DNA of 64,000 bases from Candidatus Adlerbacteria bacterium (lineage in GTDB: Bacteria; Patescibacteriota; Minisyncoccia; Phycocordibacterales; SBAW01): positions 99,418-163,417 of the forward strand of contig PLCJ01000001.1 of assembly GCA_003135635.1 (NCBI GenBank). Reading direction: 5' to 3'. Made by a program: the position numbers and the translations under genes. The first letter of the stretch is position 1. Each line of letters opens with the position of its first letter. This document shows, in pieces, positions 54,788 to 64,000 of the stretch. The notes beneath the pieces are model-generated. The model searched no databases. It was not told the origin of the DNA and saw nothing but the letters and a program-made list of their open reading frames with translations.

Positions 54788-56236
54788 ATGTCCACTAAAA
54801 AAAGTTTCTACCTTACCACTACGCTGCCCTACGTCAACGACGATCCGCATATTGGATTTGTTCTTGAGATCATACAAGCTGATATTCAAGCTCGCTACCA
54901 TGCTCTTCAAGGAGAAGAAGTGTTTTTCAATACTGGTACAGATGAACATGGTCTAAAGATATATCGCAAAGCACTGGAGGCAAAAAAAGACCCGCAAACA
55001 TATGCCGATATATATGCTGAGAAATTCAAAGATCTGAAATCCATTCTCAATTTATATCCCGCATTGCATTTTATTCGCACAACCGATGCAAGACATATAG
55101 CCGCAGCACAAGAATTTTGGCGCCGATGTCTTGCCAGCGGCGATATTTATAAAAAGAACTACCGTATCAAATATTGTGTGAGCTGTGAGCTTGAAAAAAG
55201 TGAGTCCGAGCTCATCCATGGGCATTGTTCTATACATCCCAATATTGAACTTGAACTGATTGATGAAGAAAATTATTTTTTTCGCTTCTCACGCTACCAA
55301 TCTGCACTTACCCAGCTCTATACAGAACACGCAGATTTTGTTATACCCGCCTCTCGTTTTAATGAGATCAAAAAATTTGTTCAGCAAGGACTTGAGGATT
55401 TCAGTATTTCACGTGTAAAAGAAAAAATGCCCTGGGGTATAGCAATTCCTGATGATGATGAGCAGATTATGTATGTTTGGTTTGACGCTCTTATCAATTA
55501 TGTCTCTACGCTTGGGTGGCCCGTGGAGGAAAAAAAATTCCAGCAATTCTGGGGAAATAAGGAAGGACCACAGGGTATTCAGATGGCGGGTAAAGATCAA
55601 ATACGCCAACAAGCTGCAATCTGGCAGGCGATGCTTCTCTCCGCTGGATTGCCGACATCCAAACAAATAGTCATCCATGGATTCATTACTCTAGAAGGAC
55701 AGAAGATGAGCAAATCAGTCGGGAATGTGGTGAGTCCTTACCCACTAGTGAAAGAATATGGCACCGATGCTTTGCGCTATTATCTTTCGCGGCACGTCTC
55801 TCCATTTGAAGATAGCGATTTTGGGATGGAGAAATTTAAGGAGGCATATAATGCCAATCTTGCCAACGGGCTTGGTAATCTTGTCGCGCGCATCATGCAA
55901 CTCGCTCAGACACATTTACCAAAAGGGACACATCCAGAGGTGAGCGGATTTCCGCAGGAATATACTGAGGCACTTAAGAAGTTCGAGATCAACCGCGCTG
56001 CAGATTATATATGGTCGCGTATTCAATTGCTCGACCAAAAGATAACCGACACAAAGCCTTTTAAGGTCATAGAAGTAAATTCTGAGGCAGGAAAAAAAAT
56101 AATCTTTGATCTCACCCAAGAGCTCTATTTTATTGGCCGTATGCTCAACCCTTTTATGCCAGGTACGAGCGAGAAAATAAAAAAGGCAGTTATTGAAAAC
56201 AAAAAACCGGAGACTCTTTTTCCTCGTAAGATATAG
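54788..56236 (+). CDS. metG: Methionine--tRNA ligase (short; no C-terminal tRNA-binding domain)
   Basis: 'YVNDDPHIG', 'GTDEHG', 'YVWFDALINY', KMSKS. Start ATG 54788. Confidence 0.97.
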   Translation: MSTKKSFYLTTTLPYVNDDPHIGFVLEIIQADIQARYHALQGEEVFFNTGTDEHGLKIYRKALEAKKDPQTYADIYAEKFKDLKSILNLYPALHFIRTTDARHIAAAQEFWRRCLASGDIYKKNYRIKYCVSCELEKSESELIHGHCSIHPNIELELIDEENYFFRFSRYQSALTQLYTEHADFVIPASRFNEIKKFVQQGLEDFSISRVKEKMPWGIAIPDDDEQIMYVWFDALINYVSTLGWPVEEKKFQQFWGNKEGPQGIQMAGKDQIRQQAAIWQAMLLSAGLPTSKQIVIHGFITLEGQKMSKSVGNVVSPYPLVKEYGTDALRYYLSRHVSPFEDSDFGMEKFKEAYNANLANGLGNLVARIMQLAQTHLPKGTHPEVSGFPQEYTEALKKFEINRAADYIWSRIQLLDQKITDTKPFKVIEVNSEAGKKIIFDLTQELYFIGRMLNPFMPGTSEKIKKAVIENKKPETLFPRKI

Positions 56237-56242
56237 CACACA

Positions 56243-57016
56243 ATGAGACTCTTTGACTCCCATTGTCATATCCAGCTGCCCCAATTTGATGCGGATAGGA
56301 CAGAAGTACTTCAGCGTATGCAAGAAAAAAAGGTGGGAGCAGTTGTGGTGGGTACCGATCTTAGGGTAAGTCAGCAAGCATTTCTACTCGCTGAGCAACA
56401 TGATTTTCTGTGGGCCTCAGTGGGACTCCATCCAAACGATTCCAAGGAGCAATTCAATGTAAAAAACTTTGAAGTACTTGCGTCGCATCCAAAAACGGTT
56501 GCAATAGGGGAGTGTGGGCTTGATTATTTTAGATCAGGCAAAACTGAGAGCGAACGTAGCAGACAAAAAAATTTATTTATATCCCACATTGAGCTTGCAC
56601 TGAGCGTCCATAAACCCCTTATTATCCACTGCCGCGAGGCTCACGATGACATGCTTGTAATACTGAGGCAGTATAAAAAAGAATATGCCGACGCGTTGCA
56701 AGCGGTGATACACTTTTTTACTGGCTCTAGTGAACTTGCACAAAGCTACCTCGCGCTTGACTGCTATCTTTCATTCCCTGGACCTATTACCTATACACAG
56801 ATGTATGATGCGTCTATACGGGTCACTCCACTAGAAAAGATACTTACCGAGACCGATGCTCCTTTTGCCGCACCCGTTCCGTATCGTGGCAAGCGCAATG
56901 AACCGATATATGTTGAAAAAACACTTGAGAAGATTGCTGCGATAAAAGAACTTTCTGTTGAAGAAGTACAAAAAACAATAATAGAAAATTCTCGTCGGGT
57001 ATTTATCTTGCACTAG
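56243..57016 (+). CDS. tatD: TatD family nuclease
   Basis: 'FDSHCH', 'AIGECGLDY', 'IHCR', 'ETDAP'. Confidence 0.95.
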   Translation: MRLFDSHCHIQLPQFDADRTEVLQRMQEKKVGAVVVGTDLRVSQQAFLLAEQHDFLWASVGLHPNDSKEQFNVKNFEVLASHPKTVAIGECGLDYFRSGKTESERSRQKNLFISHIELALSVHKPLIIHCREAHDDMLVILRQYKKEYADALQAVIHFFTGSSELAQSYLALDCYLSFPGPITYTQMYDASIRVTPLEKILTETDAPFAAPVPYRGKRNEPIYVEKTLEKIAAIKELSVEEVQKTIIENSRRVFILH

Positions 57017-57042
57017 TTCTTTTACCATGCTAATGTTTCTGG

Positions 57043-57585
57043 ATGGCAAAAATGTCGCAGGTCTCTGAGGAGACCTTTACCCAAGCGAATAGTCCGGCTT
57101 CTTTTGATACAACGCCGGAGCAAAAAGACCAAACTATTTATGAAGTTGGTTTTCACCTCATACCGTCGCTTGGTGAAGATGAAGTCAAAATCGCTGTAGA
57201 TGGAGTGCACAGCATGCTAAAGCGTTATAGCGCAGAAATTATGGGTGAGAGCTTCCCGCAGCGGATGACACTTGCATACCGCATTGAACGTTCAGTTTCT
57301 AGTAAACGAGAAAAGTATTCGGAAGCTTACTTCGGTTGGATTAAATTTAAGGCGATACCGACTACGGTGCCTGAAATTAGCCACGTACTCCAAAGTACAC
57401 CAGAAGTGCTTCGCTTTATTATGGTTGAAAGTTTTCCCGAAGGAGTGCCGATGCCTCGTCGTGCTGTATTTATATCTGATCGACTGGAGGGCGCCACCAT
57501 TCAAAAACCAATGGTTGCTCCTGAAAAGAGCGGAGAGATTTCTGAAGAGGATCTTGATAAATCTATAGAAGCCCTTGTTTCTTAA
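57043..57585 (+). CDS. rpsF: 30S ribosomal protein S6 (extended)
   Basis: 'YEVGFHLIP', 'LAYRI', 'VLRF'; rpsF-ssb-rpsR synteny. Confidence 0.88.
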   Translation: MAKMSQVSEETFTQANSPASFDTTPEQKDQTIYEVGFHLIPSLGEDEVKIAVDGVHSMLKRYSAEIMGESFPQRMTLAYRIERSVSSKREKYSEAYFGWIKFKAIPTTVPEISHVLQSTPEVLRFIMVESFPEGVPMPRRAVFISDRLEGATIQKPMVAPEKSGEISEEDLDKSIEALVS

Positions 57586-57586
57586 T

Positions 57587-58042
57587 ATGTATATCAATAA
57601 AGCATTTATTTACGGCAATCTTACCCGAGATCCAGAAACGCGGGCACTTCCTTCCGGTGGACAGGTATCTTCCTTTAGCGTTGCGACGAATCGTGTGTTC
57701 CGTAAAGCAGACGGTACCAAGCAAGAGCAAGTTGAATATCACAATGTGGTCGTATTTGGCCGCCAAGCAGAAACATGCGCACAGTATCTCCGCAAAGGAA
57801 GCGGTGTCTTTGTAGAAGGTAGGTTACAAACTCGTAGTTGGGACGGAGAAAAAGGCAAGCAGTATCGCACGGAAATTATTGCCGAGCGGGTACAGTTTGG
57901 ACCACGCAGTACTGCTCCTTCCAGTACCGGGGGAGATCGTACTCCTCCTCAAAGTGAAGCAGAAATGCCACAAAAGGCGCCGAAGGAAGACACGATTGAG
58001 TATCCAGAAGAAGATATTAATCCAGACGATATCCCATTTTAG
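57587..58042 (+). CDS. ssb: Single-stranded DNA-binding protein
   Basis: '[15 protein letters not shown]', '[10 protein letters not shown]', C-terminal 'DDIPF'. Confidence 0.98.
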   Translation: MYINKAFIYGNLTRDPETRALPSGGQVSSFSVATNRVFRKADGTKQEQVEYHNVVVFGRQAETCAQYLRKGSGVFVEGRLQTRSWDGEKGKQYRTEIIAERVQFGPRSTAPSSTGGDRTPPQSEAEMPQKAPKEDTIEYPEEDINPDDIPF

Positions 58043-58050
58043 GAAAATAT

Positions 58051-58245
58051 ATGCAAAACGATACGTACACCCAATTTCAGAGAATCGACTACAAAGATAT
58101 CGAAACGCTTAAGCGCTTTCTCAATCCGCACGGTAAAATATTACCTCGACGTCGCACAGAACTTTCAGCCGCAAATCAACGGGCACTTGCTCAATCTATA
58201 AAGCGAGCCCGTTTCATGGCACTTTTGCCCTATATCATGCGCTAG
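58051..58245 (+). CDS. rpsR: 30S ribosomal protein S18
   Basis: '[13 protein letters not shown]', '[12 protein letters not shown]'. Confidence 0.97.
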   Translation: MQNDTYTQFQRIDYKDIETLKRFLNPHGKILPRRRTELSAANQRALAQSIKRARFMALLPYIMR

Positions 58246-58253
58246 GAGATATA

Positions 58254-58823
58254 CTACTTTTTCTCCACACGTTCTACATAGGTGCCAGTTTCTGTGTTAA
58301 CGCGTAGCACGTCTCCTTCATTGACAAAAAGAGGAGCATTGATTGTGACGCCTGTTTCAAGTACTACCTGTTTGGTACCTCCTTGAGCGGTATTGCCGCG
58401 CACTGCCGGAGGTGCGTCGGTAACCACGAGGTCCACCTTAACAGGTACCCGGAGCGCAATGATCGTGTCATTAAAAGTAACTGCTTCCACTGGAGTATTT
58501 CCTTTCAAAAACTTTCCTGCTAACCCGACAGTTTCTTCGCGAAGCGGAAAACGCTGACTTGCATTTTGTGCATCACAAAACCACCATTCTCCTCCCCTGG
58601 TGTATAGATATTTCACTACCTTGACCCCTAAATCCGCCTCTGCCACTTTTTCAGCTACATGAAAGGCTTGCTCGGTTACTTTGCCGGTAATGAGGTTGCG
58701 TAACTTGGTTTGATTCACCGGTTTGCGCTGCTGTTTGCGAAAAATATGGGCATCCAAAACCTCGTAGGGATTACCATCAAGCAAAATAGCTTTCTTGGGT
58801 AATATCTCGTTATATTCAAGCAT
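58254..58823 (-). CDS. efp: Elongation factor P (non-canonical loop)
   Basis: 'TKLRNLITG', 'PPAVRGNTA', 'LETG', 'VNTETGTYVER'. Confidence 0.93.
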   Translation of the reverse strand: MLEYNEILPKKAILLDGNPYEVLDAHIFRKQQRKPVNQTKLRNLITGKVTEQAFHVAEKVAEADLGVKVVKYLYTRGGEWWFCDAQNASQRFPLREETVGLAGKFLKGNTPVEAVTFNDTIIALRVPVKVDLVVTDAPPAVRGNTAQGGTKQVVLETGVTINAPLFVNEGDVLRVNTETGTYVERVEKK

Positions 58824-58958
58824 ATAATAAAAATGTGCCGCGCGGGCAGTACGGACAGTATAAGTGATTTTTTAGCGGATTTCAACCAGAAAAAATGACC
58901 TGAAACCTTCTCACAAAATTCTAGTTGTAAAAAGTAGCCCATAGTATATTGTGTGGTT

Positions 58959-59549
58959 ATGGAATCCCATCTGTCTTTAAGTGAAATGACGCAAGAGCAA
59001 CGGGATGAGGATATTCTTATCAAGTCCGTTGCACATCCAGCGCTTTTCGCTGTTCTCGTACGCAAGTATGAAAAACCGTTTTTGCGCAAGGCGGTAAGTA
59101 TTGTGCACGACGAACAAGAAGCAGAAGACATAGTCCAGGAAGCGTTCACAAAAATATATCTCAATGCCGCACGCTTCAGAAAGCAGGAGGGGGCACAGTT
59201 TTCATCCTGGGGATATCGCATACTCATTAATGTGGCATGCTCACACTATCAAAAATCCAAACGACGCAATCATGCAACTGCTCAACTTGATGAAGAAATA
59301 TGGGCACTCATTCCAGACAAAGACCTGCGTCAATTTCAAAAAACGGAAATAACAGATGAGGTTGCATCTATTCTTTCCCGTATGTCGCCGATATTTGTCC
59401 GTGCACTTACGCTCTTTTATATTGAAGGAAGATCACAAGAAGAGGTTGCGAGCCTTGAAGGTGTGTCGCTCGGTGCGGTGAAAACACGTGTCCACCGTGC
59501 AAAACATGAGTTTAGAAAGATATACAAGATGGTAACAAACAATATATGA
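58959..59549 (+). CDS. ECF-type RNA polymerase sigma factor
   Basis: 'AEDIVQEAFTKIY', 'FSSWGYRI..N', 'SQEEVA...GAVKTRVHRAK'. Confidence 0.93.
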   Translation: MESHLSLSEMTQEQRDEDILIKSVAHPALFAVLVRKYEKPFLRKAVSIVHDEQEAEDIVQEAFTKIYLNAARFRKQEGAQFSSWGYRILINVACSHYQKSKRRNHATAQLDEEIWALIPDKDLRQFQKTEITDEVASILSRMSPIFVRALTLFYIEGRSQEEVASLEGVSLGAVKTRVHRAKHEFRKIYKMVTNNI

Positions 59550-59872
59550 GTACAATAGAGAAAAATGTCATGGCGAGTGTGTACGTTATTCATATGGTGC
59601 GTACACTCACCAGCCGATTAGCGCTTGCGTGTGGAGTACTGTGCCTCTCACTTATTGCTATCGCAATGCTCGTTTCCGTGCCTCACGTCATGGTCAATCT
59701 ACTGAGCGTTGCCCACCATGGAGTAGTAGGGATAGGAACTTTTGTGTTCTCTGCGGTTATGGGAACTCGATTTATAGTTCAGTGTGCTCTTTTTATAGGA
59801 ACGATTGCATTTCTCCTGGTTCTCATCGATCTTATTCGATCAATTTCTCCGATACGCGTAATGGGGAGTTAA
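59546..59872 (+). CDS. Small membrane protein, putative anti-sigma factor
   Basis: ATGA-coupled to the ECF sigma; hydrophobic helices. Confidence 0.6.
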   Translation: MSTIEKNVMASVYVIHMVRTLTSRLALACGVLCLSLIAIAMLVSVPHVMVNLLSVAHHGVVGIGTFVFSAVMGTRFIVQCALFIGTIAFLLVLIDLIRSISPIRVMGS

Positions 59873-59880
59873 AATTAAGA

Positions 59881-60954
59881 TTATTCCTCCTGCGGCCCTT
59901 CTTCGTTTTTGGTTTCTGTCTTTTTAGAGGTTATATTTTGACTGAGATATTTGCGGATTTCTTTTAGAACTTCATTGGCTAGTTTTTTATTTTCTCGTAA
60001 GTACGTGCGAGTGGCATCATAGCCCCGTCCGAGTTTCTCAGCACCATAGCTGTACGACATACCACTTTTTTGGATAATTCCTAATTTCTCACCGAGGGCG
60101 ATAAGCTCACCTTCCTGTGAAATACCTTCGTTGTATAAAAGGTCAAACTCCACAGCGCGAAACGGTGCAGCTACTTTATTTTTAACAACCTTAACTCGAT
60201 GGCGTCCCCCTACCACCTCTTCACCCTTTTTAATCTGTGCAATACGGCGAATATCCAGTCTCACCGAGGTATAAAATTTAAGCGCCTTGCCTCCTGTGGT
60301 TGTTTCTGGATTACCAAACATGACGCCAATTTGCATCCGGATCTGGTTAATGAAAATAACGATCGTATTGCTTTTGGAGATGATACTCGTAAGCTTGCGC
60401 AGCGCTTGTGACATAAGTCGGGCCTGTTTACCCATATGGCTTTGCCCCATATCTCCCTCTATTTCATCTTTGGGGGTGAGCGCGGCGACTGAATCAATGA
60501 CCACCATGTCTACTTTTCCCGAGCGTACCAAACTCTCCACAATTTCAAGTGCCTGCTCTCCGGTATCTGGTTGTGAGACAAGAAGATTATCAATATTAAC
60601 GCCTATTTTTTTTGCATATTCCGGGTCAAGTGCATGCTCTGCATCTATAAAGGCACACACGCCTCCTTTTTTCTGTGCCTGAGCAATAGCGTGCAGAGCA
60701 AGCGTTGTCTTGCCTGATGACTCAGGTCCAAAAACCTCAATGATGCGTCCCCGTGGGTACCCGCCGATGCCGAGAGCCCAATCGAGCCCAATCGAGCCCG
60801 AAGGGATAACATCTATATCAACCCTCGGTGTATCGCCAAGCTTCATAATAGCCTCGTCACCGAACTTTGTTCTGATTTCTCGGATCGCAGCATCAATTGC
60901 GCTTGTATCTCGAACTTTATTATCTAATTTTTTGTGTGGTTTTTCTTTCGCCAT
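59881..60954 (-). CDS. recA: Recombinase RecA
   Basis: 'GPESSGKTT', '[10 protein letters not shown]', '[10 protein letters not shown]', 'FINQIR'. Confidence 0.99.
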   Translation of the reverse strand: MAKEKPHKKLDNKVRDTSAIDAAIREIRTKFGDEAIMKLGDTPRVDIDVIPSGSIGLDWALGIGGYPRGRIIEVFGPESSGKTTLALHAIAQAQKKGGVCAFIDAEHALDPEYAKKIGVNIDNLLVSQPDTGEQALEIVESLVRSGKVDMVVIDSVAALTPKDEIEGDMGQSHMGKQARLMSQALRKLTSIISKSNTIVIFINQIRMQIGVMFGNPETTTGGKALKFYTSVRLDIRRIAQIKKGEEVVGGRHRVKVVKNKVAAPFRAVEFDLLYNEGISQEGELIALGEKLGIIQKSGMSYSYGAEKLGRGYDATRTYLRENKKLANEVLKEIRKYLSQNITSKKTETKNEEGPQEE

Positions 60955-60958
60955 AGAT

Positions 60959-61318
60959 CTATCCATTAATTGGACAATAATTCAAAACAACAATATGAAC
61001 CAATTGCGAAACCTGACGACCAAAACGGTCTTTTGCGGCGACCTTTACTACACTATACCCCGGTGGAGGAGAAAAAACCTCACTGAAATGGCCAGCTGTA
61101 TCTATGTAGGCAGGAGCATCATTAATACTTAGAAATGCAATATTTGTAGCTTCACCGGAGATAACAACAACAGGCGAAGATGTTGCACTGCCATCCTTCG
61201 GGGTAGCAATGTAGATCTCTGGACCAGTCAGTATCTTACGCGCTTCAAACAAGCCATATCCCAAAAGGGTAAGGATAATAACCCCAATTAATACCAGCGA
61301 TAATTGATGACGATACAT
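60959..61318 (-). CDS. Single-TM protein with Ig-like domain
   Basis: TM, then '[11 protein letters not shown]...V.ISG', 'A.DRFG'. Confidence 0.7.
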   Translation of the reverse strand: MYRHQLSLVLIGVIILTLLGYGLFEARKILTGPEIYIATPKDGSATSSPVVVISGEATNIAFLSINDAPAYIDTAGHFSEVFSPPPGYSVVKVAAKDRFGRQVSQLVHIVVLNYCPING

Positions 61319-61364
61319 ATCTAAGTCTCAGAAAGGATTCAAAGAGGATTTTTTTTTGAAAAAT

Positions 61365-63557
61365 TTACTCCCTATCGATTACTACCTCTGCTGACTTACT
61401 ATTCAATACCTCCCGGGGCCTCGCTCCGTCTTGTGGACCAATGACACCCCGCTCCTCAAGCACATCCATAAGACGGGCAGCACGCGCATATCCCAAACGT
61501 AGTTTACGTTGAAGATAAGAAGTCGAAGCCTTGCCAGCTTCTATAACCGCCAAGCGGGCAGCTTCATACATCTCATCATCTATATCGTCATCTTCGCTAT
61601 CTGAAAAAGTAGATCCATTGCGGGAAGAAAAAGTGTCGTTGTTACTTGCGGGGGCAATGATATCGATGGGCAATTCAGCATCATTATGCTTCGCAATAAA
61701 ATCAGTAACCTTCTTTACTTCAGATTCACTGATAAATGCACTTTGCAGTCGCACCGGCTTACTCATGTCGCCGGAGAGGTACAGCATATCGCCTGCGCCG
61801 AGGAGCTTCTCGGCACCCGCTTGATCAAGAATGGTACGAGAGTCTATTTGTGAAGCTACTTGAAGTGCGACACGACACGAAATGTTTGCTTTGATAAGAC
61901 CGGTGATGACATTTACACTGGGTCGTTGGGTTGAAAGAAGAAGATGTATTCCTACTGCTCGGCTCATTTGAGCCAGACGTACTACAGCTGCTTCAAGCTC
62001 ACGGGGATAGGTCTGCATGATATCGGCAATCTCATCAATGACAATGACAATATACGGCATTGCCTCGGGCAGTTTGTCATCGTGAGATGGCTCGCCTTTC
62101 TTACGCAATTTTTCAAGTGCAGGAGCGAGTACATTTTGATGATAAGATGCAATGTCACGCACATGTTCTGCCTCAAGAATGTTATAGCGGTGTTCCATTT
62201 CCCTGCCTGCCCACCGGAGTGCTTGGATGGCTTTTTTTGCGTCAGTGATAACGGGGGAGAGTAGGTGAGGGATACGATTATACAGGGTAAGCTCAACGCG
62301 CTTTGGGTCGATCATTAAAAAGCGCAACTGTTGCGGTCCACAACGATAAAGAAGCGAGGTAATGATGGCATGGATAGTTACTGACTTTCCTGCACCAGTT
62401 GCGCCAGCGATAAGCACATGGGGCATTTTGGTGATATTGGCAAAATGTGAGCCCCCAGCAATATCGCGCCCAAGGGCAATAAGTAGGGATGCTGGGGAAT
62501 TAGCAAATTCAGGTGACTCCAGAAGTGTGCCAAGCCCAACGATTACTTTTGTGTGGTTGGGCACTTCAATGCCAACGAGTGATTTTCCTGGAATAGGCGC
62601 TTCGATGCGTACGGGATGGGCTGCCAGTGCAAGCTCAAGATTAGTTTGCAACGAAACTATTTTCTGTAGCCGCACGCCCTCAGCAGGTTTAATGGCATAG
62701 CGTGTAACAGAGGGGCCTATGGAGATTTCATCAAGTTCAACGACAATACCAAAGTTCTGAAGAGTTCTTTTTATAATGTTAGCACTCGCCTTGACATCTC
62801 CGACTCCCGGGCGTCCTCGATCGCGTTCAAGAAGAGAGAGTGGTGGGGGAGTATACGTCTCCAACAGCGATTTCAAAATATTTGCGGTATTTTGAGTGCT
62901 CCGAGGTAGGACGGCCGGCATAGGATAGGGTGCTGGTTCTTCCTCATCACTTACTTCACTGTAAGGTATATTCTCCGGCTCTTCTTCTGCCGTGGGGCTA
63001 TCTATTTTCTGAGATCGGACGCCATGCACGTATTGCCCGATAACTCTACCAAATCTCATCAAGCCGCCACTGATCATAGCAAAAGGTCCAAGTGATAAGC
63101 TTCCTTCAAGAAGAATAAGCAGCGATACGAGACATATACCTCCAAGGAAAATAAGAGAGGCGTAGAGGTCAAAATAATGCAAAGCGTTTTTCCCAATCAC
63201 ATCACCAATAAGGCCAGCATTGCCAGCGACAATATCAATGAATCCCAGTCCTGAAAGTATAAAAAATAAACTCCCTAGAGTTTTTAATAAATCAAACCCC
63301 GGTCTCTCCTCTTTAAGGAGAGTTCCTGCTAATACAAAAAAAAGTATAGGTAAAAGAAAATACCCAATTCCTACAAGGTACACGATTGAGTCGTATGCAT
63401 CTGCGCCTGCAATCCCGGCGGCCTTAAACGGCGCGAGCGCAAGGAAACATCCTACAACGATAAAAAGAACCACCAATGCTGCTCGCTTGGTTTTTTCGGG
63501 GATGTCAGCAAATGGGCCTATATGCGCTGAGCGCCCATCATTTTTTTTCCGTGCCAT
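61365..63557 (-). CDS. ftsK: DNA translocase FtsK/SpoIIIE
   Basis: N-terminal TMs; 'PHVLIAGATGAGKS', 'IDPKRVEL', 'TQRPSV'; gamma domain 'LQRKLRLGYARAARLMD'. Confidence 0.98.
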   Translation of the reverse strand: MARKKNDGRSAHIGPFADIPEKTKRAALVVLFIVVGCFLALAPFKAAGIAGADAYDSIVYLVGIGYFLLPILFFVLAGTLLKEERPGFDLLKTLGSLFFILSGLGFIDIVAGNAGLIGDVIGKNALHYFDLYASLIFLGGICLVSLLILLEGSLSLGPFAMISGGLMRFGRVIGQYVHGVRSQKIDSPTAEEEPENIPYSEVSDEEEPAPYPMPAVLPRSTQNTANILKSLLETYTPPPLSLLERDRGRPGVGDVKASANIIKRTLQNFGIVVELDEISIGPSVTRYAIKPAEGVRLQKIVSLQTNLELALAAHPVRIEAPIPGKSLVGIEVPNHTKVIVGLGTLLESPEFANSPASLLIALGRDIAGGSHFANITKMPHVLIAGATGAGKSVTIHAIITSLLYRCGPQQLRFLMIDPKRVELTLYNRIPHLLSPVITDAKKAIQALRWAGREMEHRYNILEAEHVRDIASYHQNVLAPALEKLRKKGEPSHDDKLPEAMPYIVIVIDEIADIMQTYPRELEAAVVRLAQMSRAVGIHLLLSTQRPSVNVITGLIKANISCRVALQVASQIDSRTILDQAGAEKLLGAGDMLYLSGDMSKPVRLQSAFISESEVKKVTDFIAKHNDAELPIDIIAPASNNDTFSSRNGSTFSDSEDDDIDDEMYEAARLAVIEAGKASTSYLQRKLRLGYARAARLMDVLEERGVIGPQDGARPREVLNSKSAEVVIDRE

Positions 63558-63771
63558 AAAGACATATTAGCATGCAGGTTTTGAAGAAGATAAATTGAAA
63601 CTACCATTTTACTTTCTGTCCCCGCTGCTCTATACTCAAGGACATGATTATGTCTTTAAGGGAGGCACACCTCATTAAGGTCTTTAAAAGACAATTAAAG
63701 GACTGAATGTATGTCTGATAGCACAAAAAAATTTCATGAATTTGCCTTGAAATCAAGTCTTTTTAAAGGAC
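63558..63771. repeat. Cluster of short AARGAC/GTCYTT motifs in both orientations
   Basis: AAAGACAT 63558, AAGGACAT 63638, ATGTCTTT 63650, GTCTTT 63680, AAAAGACA 63686, AAAGGAC 63697, GTCTTT 63757, AAAGGAC 63765. Confidence 0.5.
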
Positions 63772-64000
63772 GCACCGCTTGGTATTTTTGTTATTTAAAA
63801 TCGGAACGCATCGTACAAGTGCTCGCTACCCTGGCTCTGAGTGCCAAAAATTCTCACCTTAACATGGTCATCATTAAGGCGCGCAAAATCCCTGAATCAA
63901 TTCTTTATTTTGCCGCTGGTACTCTTGATCGTTCATTACTGCTTGCTGATATTTTTTCTCTTATATCAACCCTGCGCATATGTGAAACTGAAGGAATTAT
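63711..64000 (+). CDS. Partial CDS (3' truncated), hypothetical protein
   Basis: Open from ATG 63711 to the window end: MSDSTKKFHEFALKSSLFKGRTAWYFCYLKSERIV... Confidence 0.7.
   Translation, partial: MSDSTKKFHEFALKSSLFKGRTAWYFCYLKSERIVQVLATLALSAKNSHLNMVIIKARKIPESILYFAAGTLDRSLLLADIFSLISTLRICETEGI

Noticed and set aside
1-64000. Alternative genetic code (UGA=Gly), prophage, transposase, rRNA
   Set aside because: Conserved genes end at TGA and are full length under code 11; no phage, IS or rRNA signatures were seen.

Overview
This 64-kb window is bacterial chromosome containing the replication origin (jag-yidC-rnpA-rpmH <- -> dnaA-oriC-dnaN). The streamlined gene set (eukaryote-type GlyRS, long ThyX, IleRS with a histidine-phosphatase insert, several pilins, rplK without rplA, almost no Shine-Dalgarno sites) points to a Patescibacteria/CPR Parcubacteria genome; that assignment is inference. 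Most of the window is housekeeping: replication/repair (dnaA, dnaN, polA, ruvABC, recA, recO, ssb, ftsK), translation (5 aaRS, ribosomal proteins, efp, 8 tRNAs), envelope (PBP, murE, yidC, secE, dsbA), type IV pili and a thyX-dcd-tmk-dut cluster. The main find is a ~4.6-kb accessory block (38567-43165) between dut and glyA. Seven unrelated cassettes there are separated by eight co-oriented degenerate ~34-bp sites (consensus about YWRCTCY-N11-GAYGTTCGAACCTATT), and the last site is an orphan tRNA-Asn 3' end. This looks like an integron-like, tRNA-anchored cassette array with no integrase in the window. Other signals: a 163-nt rod-shaped ncRNA (6S-like) with a strong promoter, a cassette that appears to carry only a small RNA, window-wide leaderless and bidirectional -10 promoters, tRNA genes ending N73-CA rather than CCA, and a clear DnaA-box/DnaA-trio origin module. 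All calls come from motif reading by eye; no searches were run.
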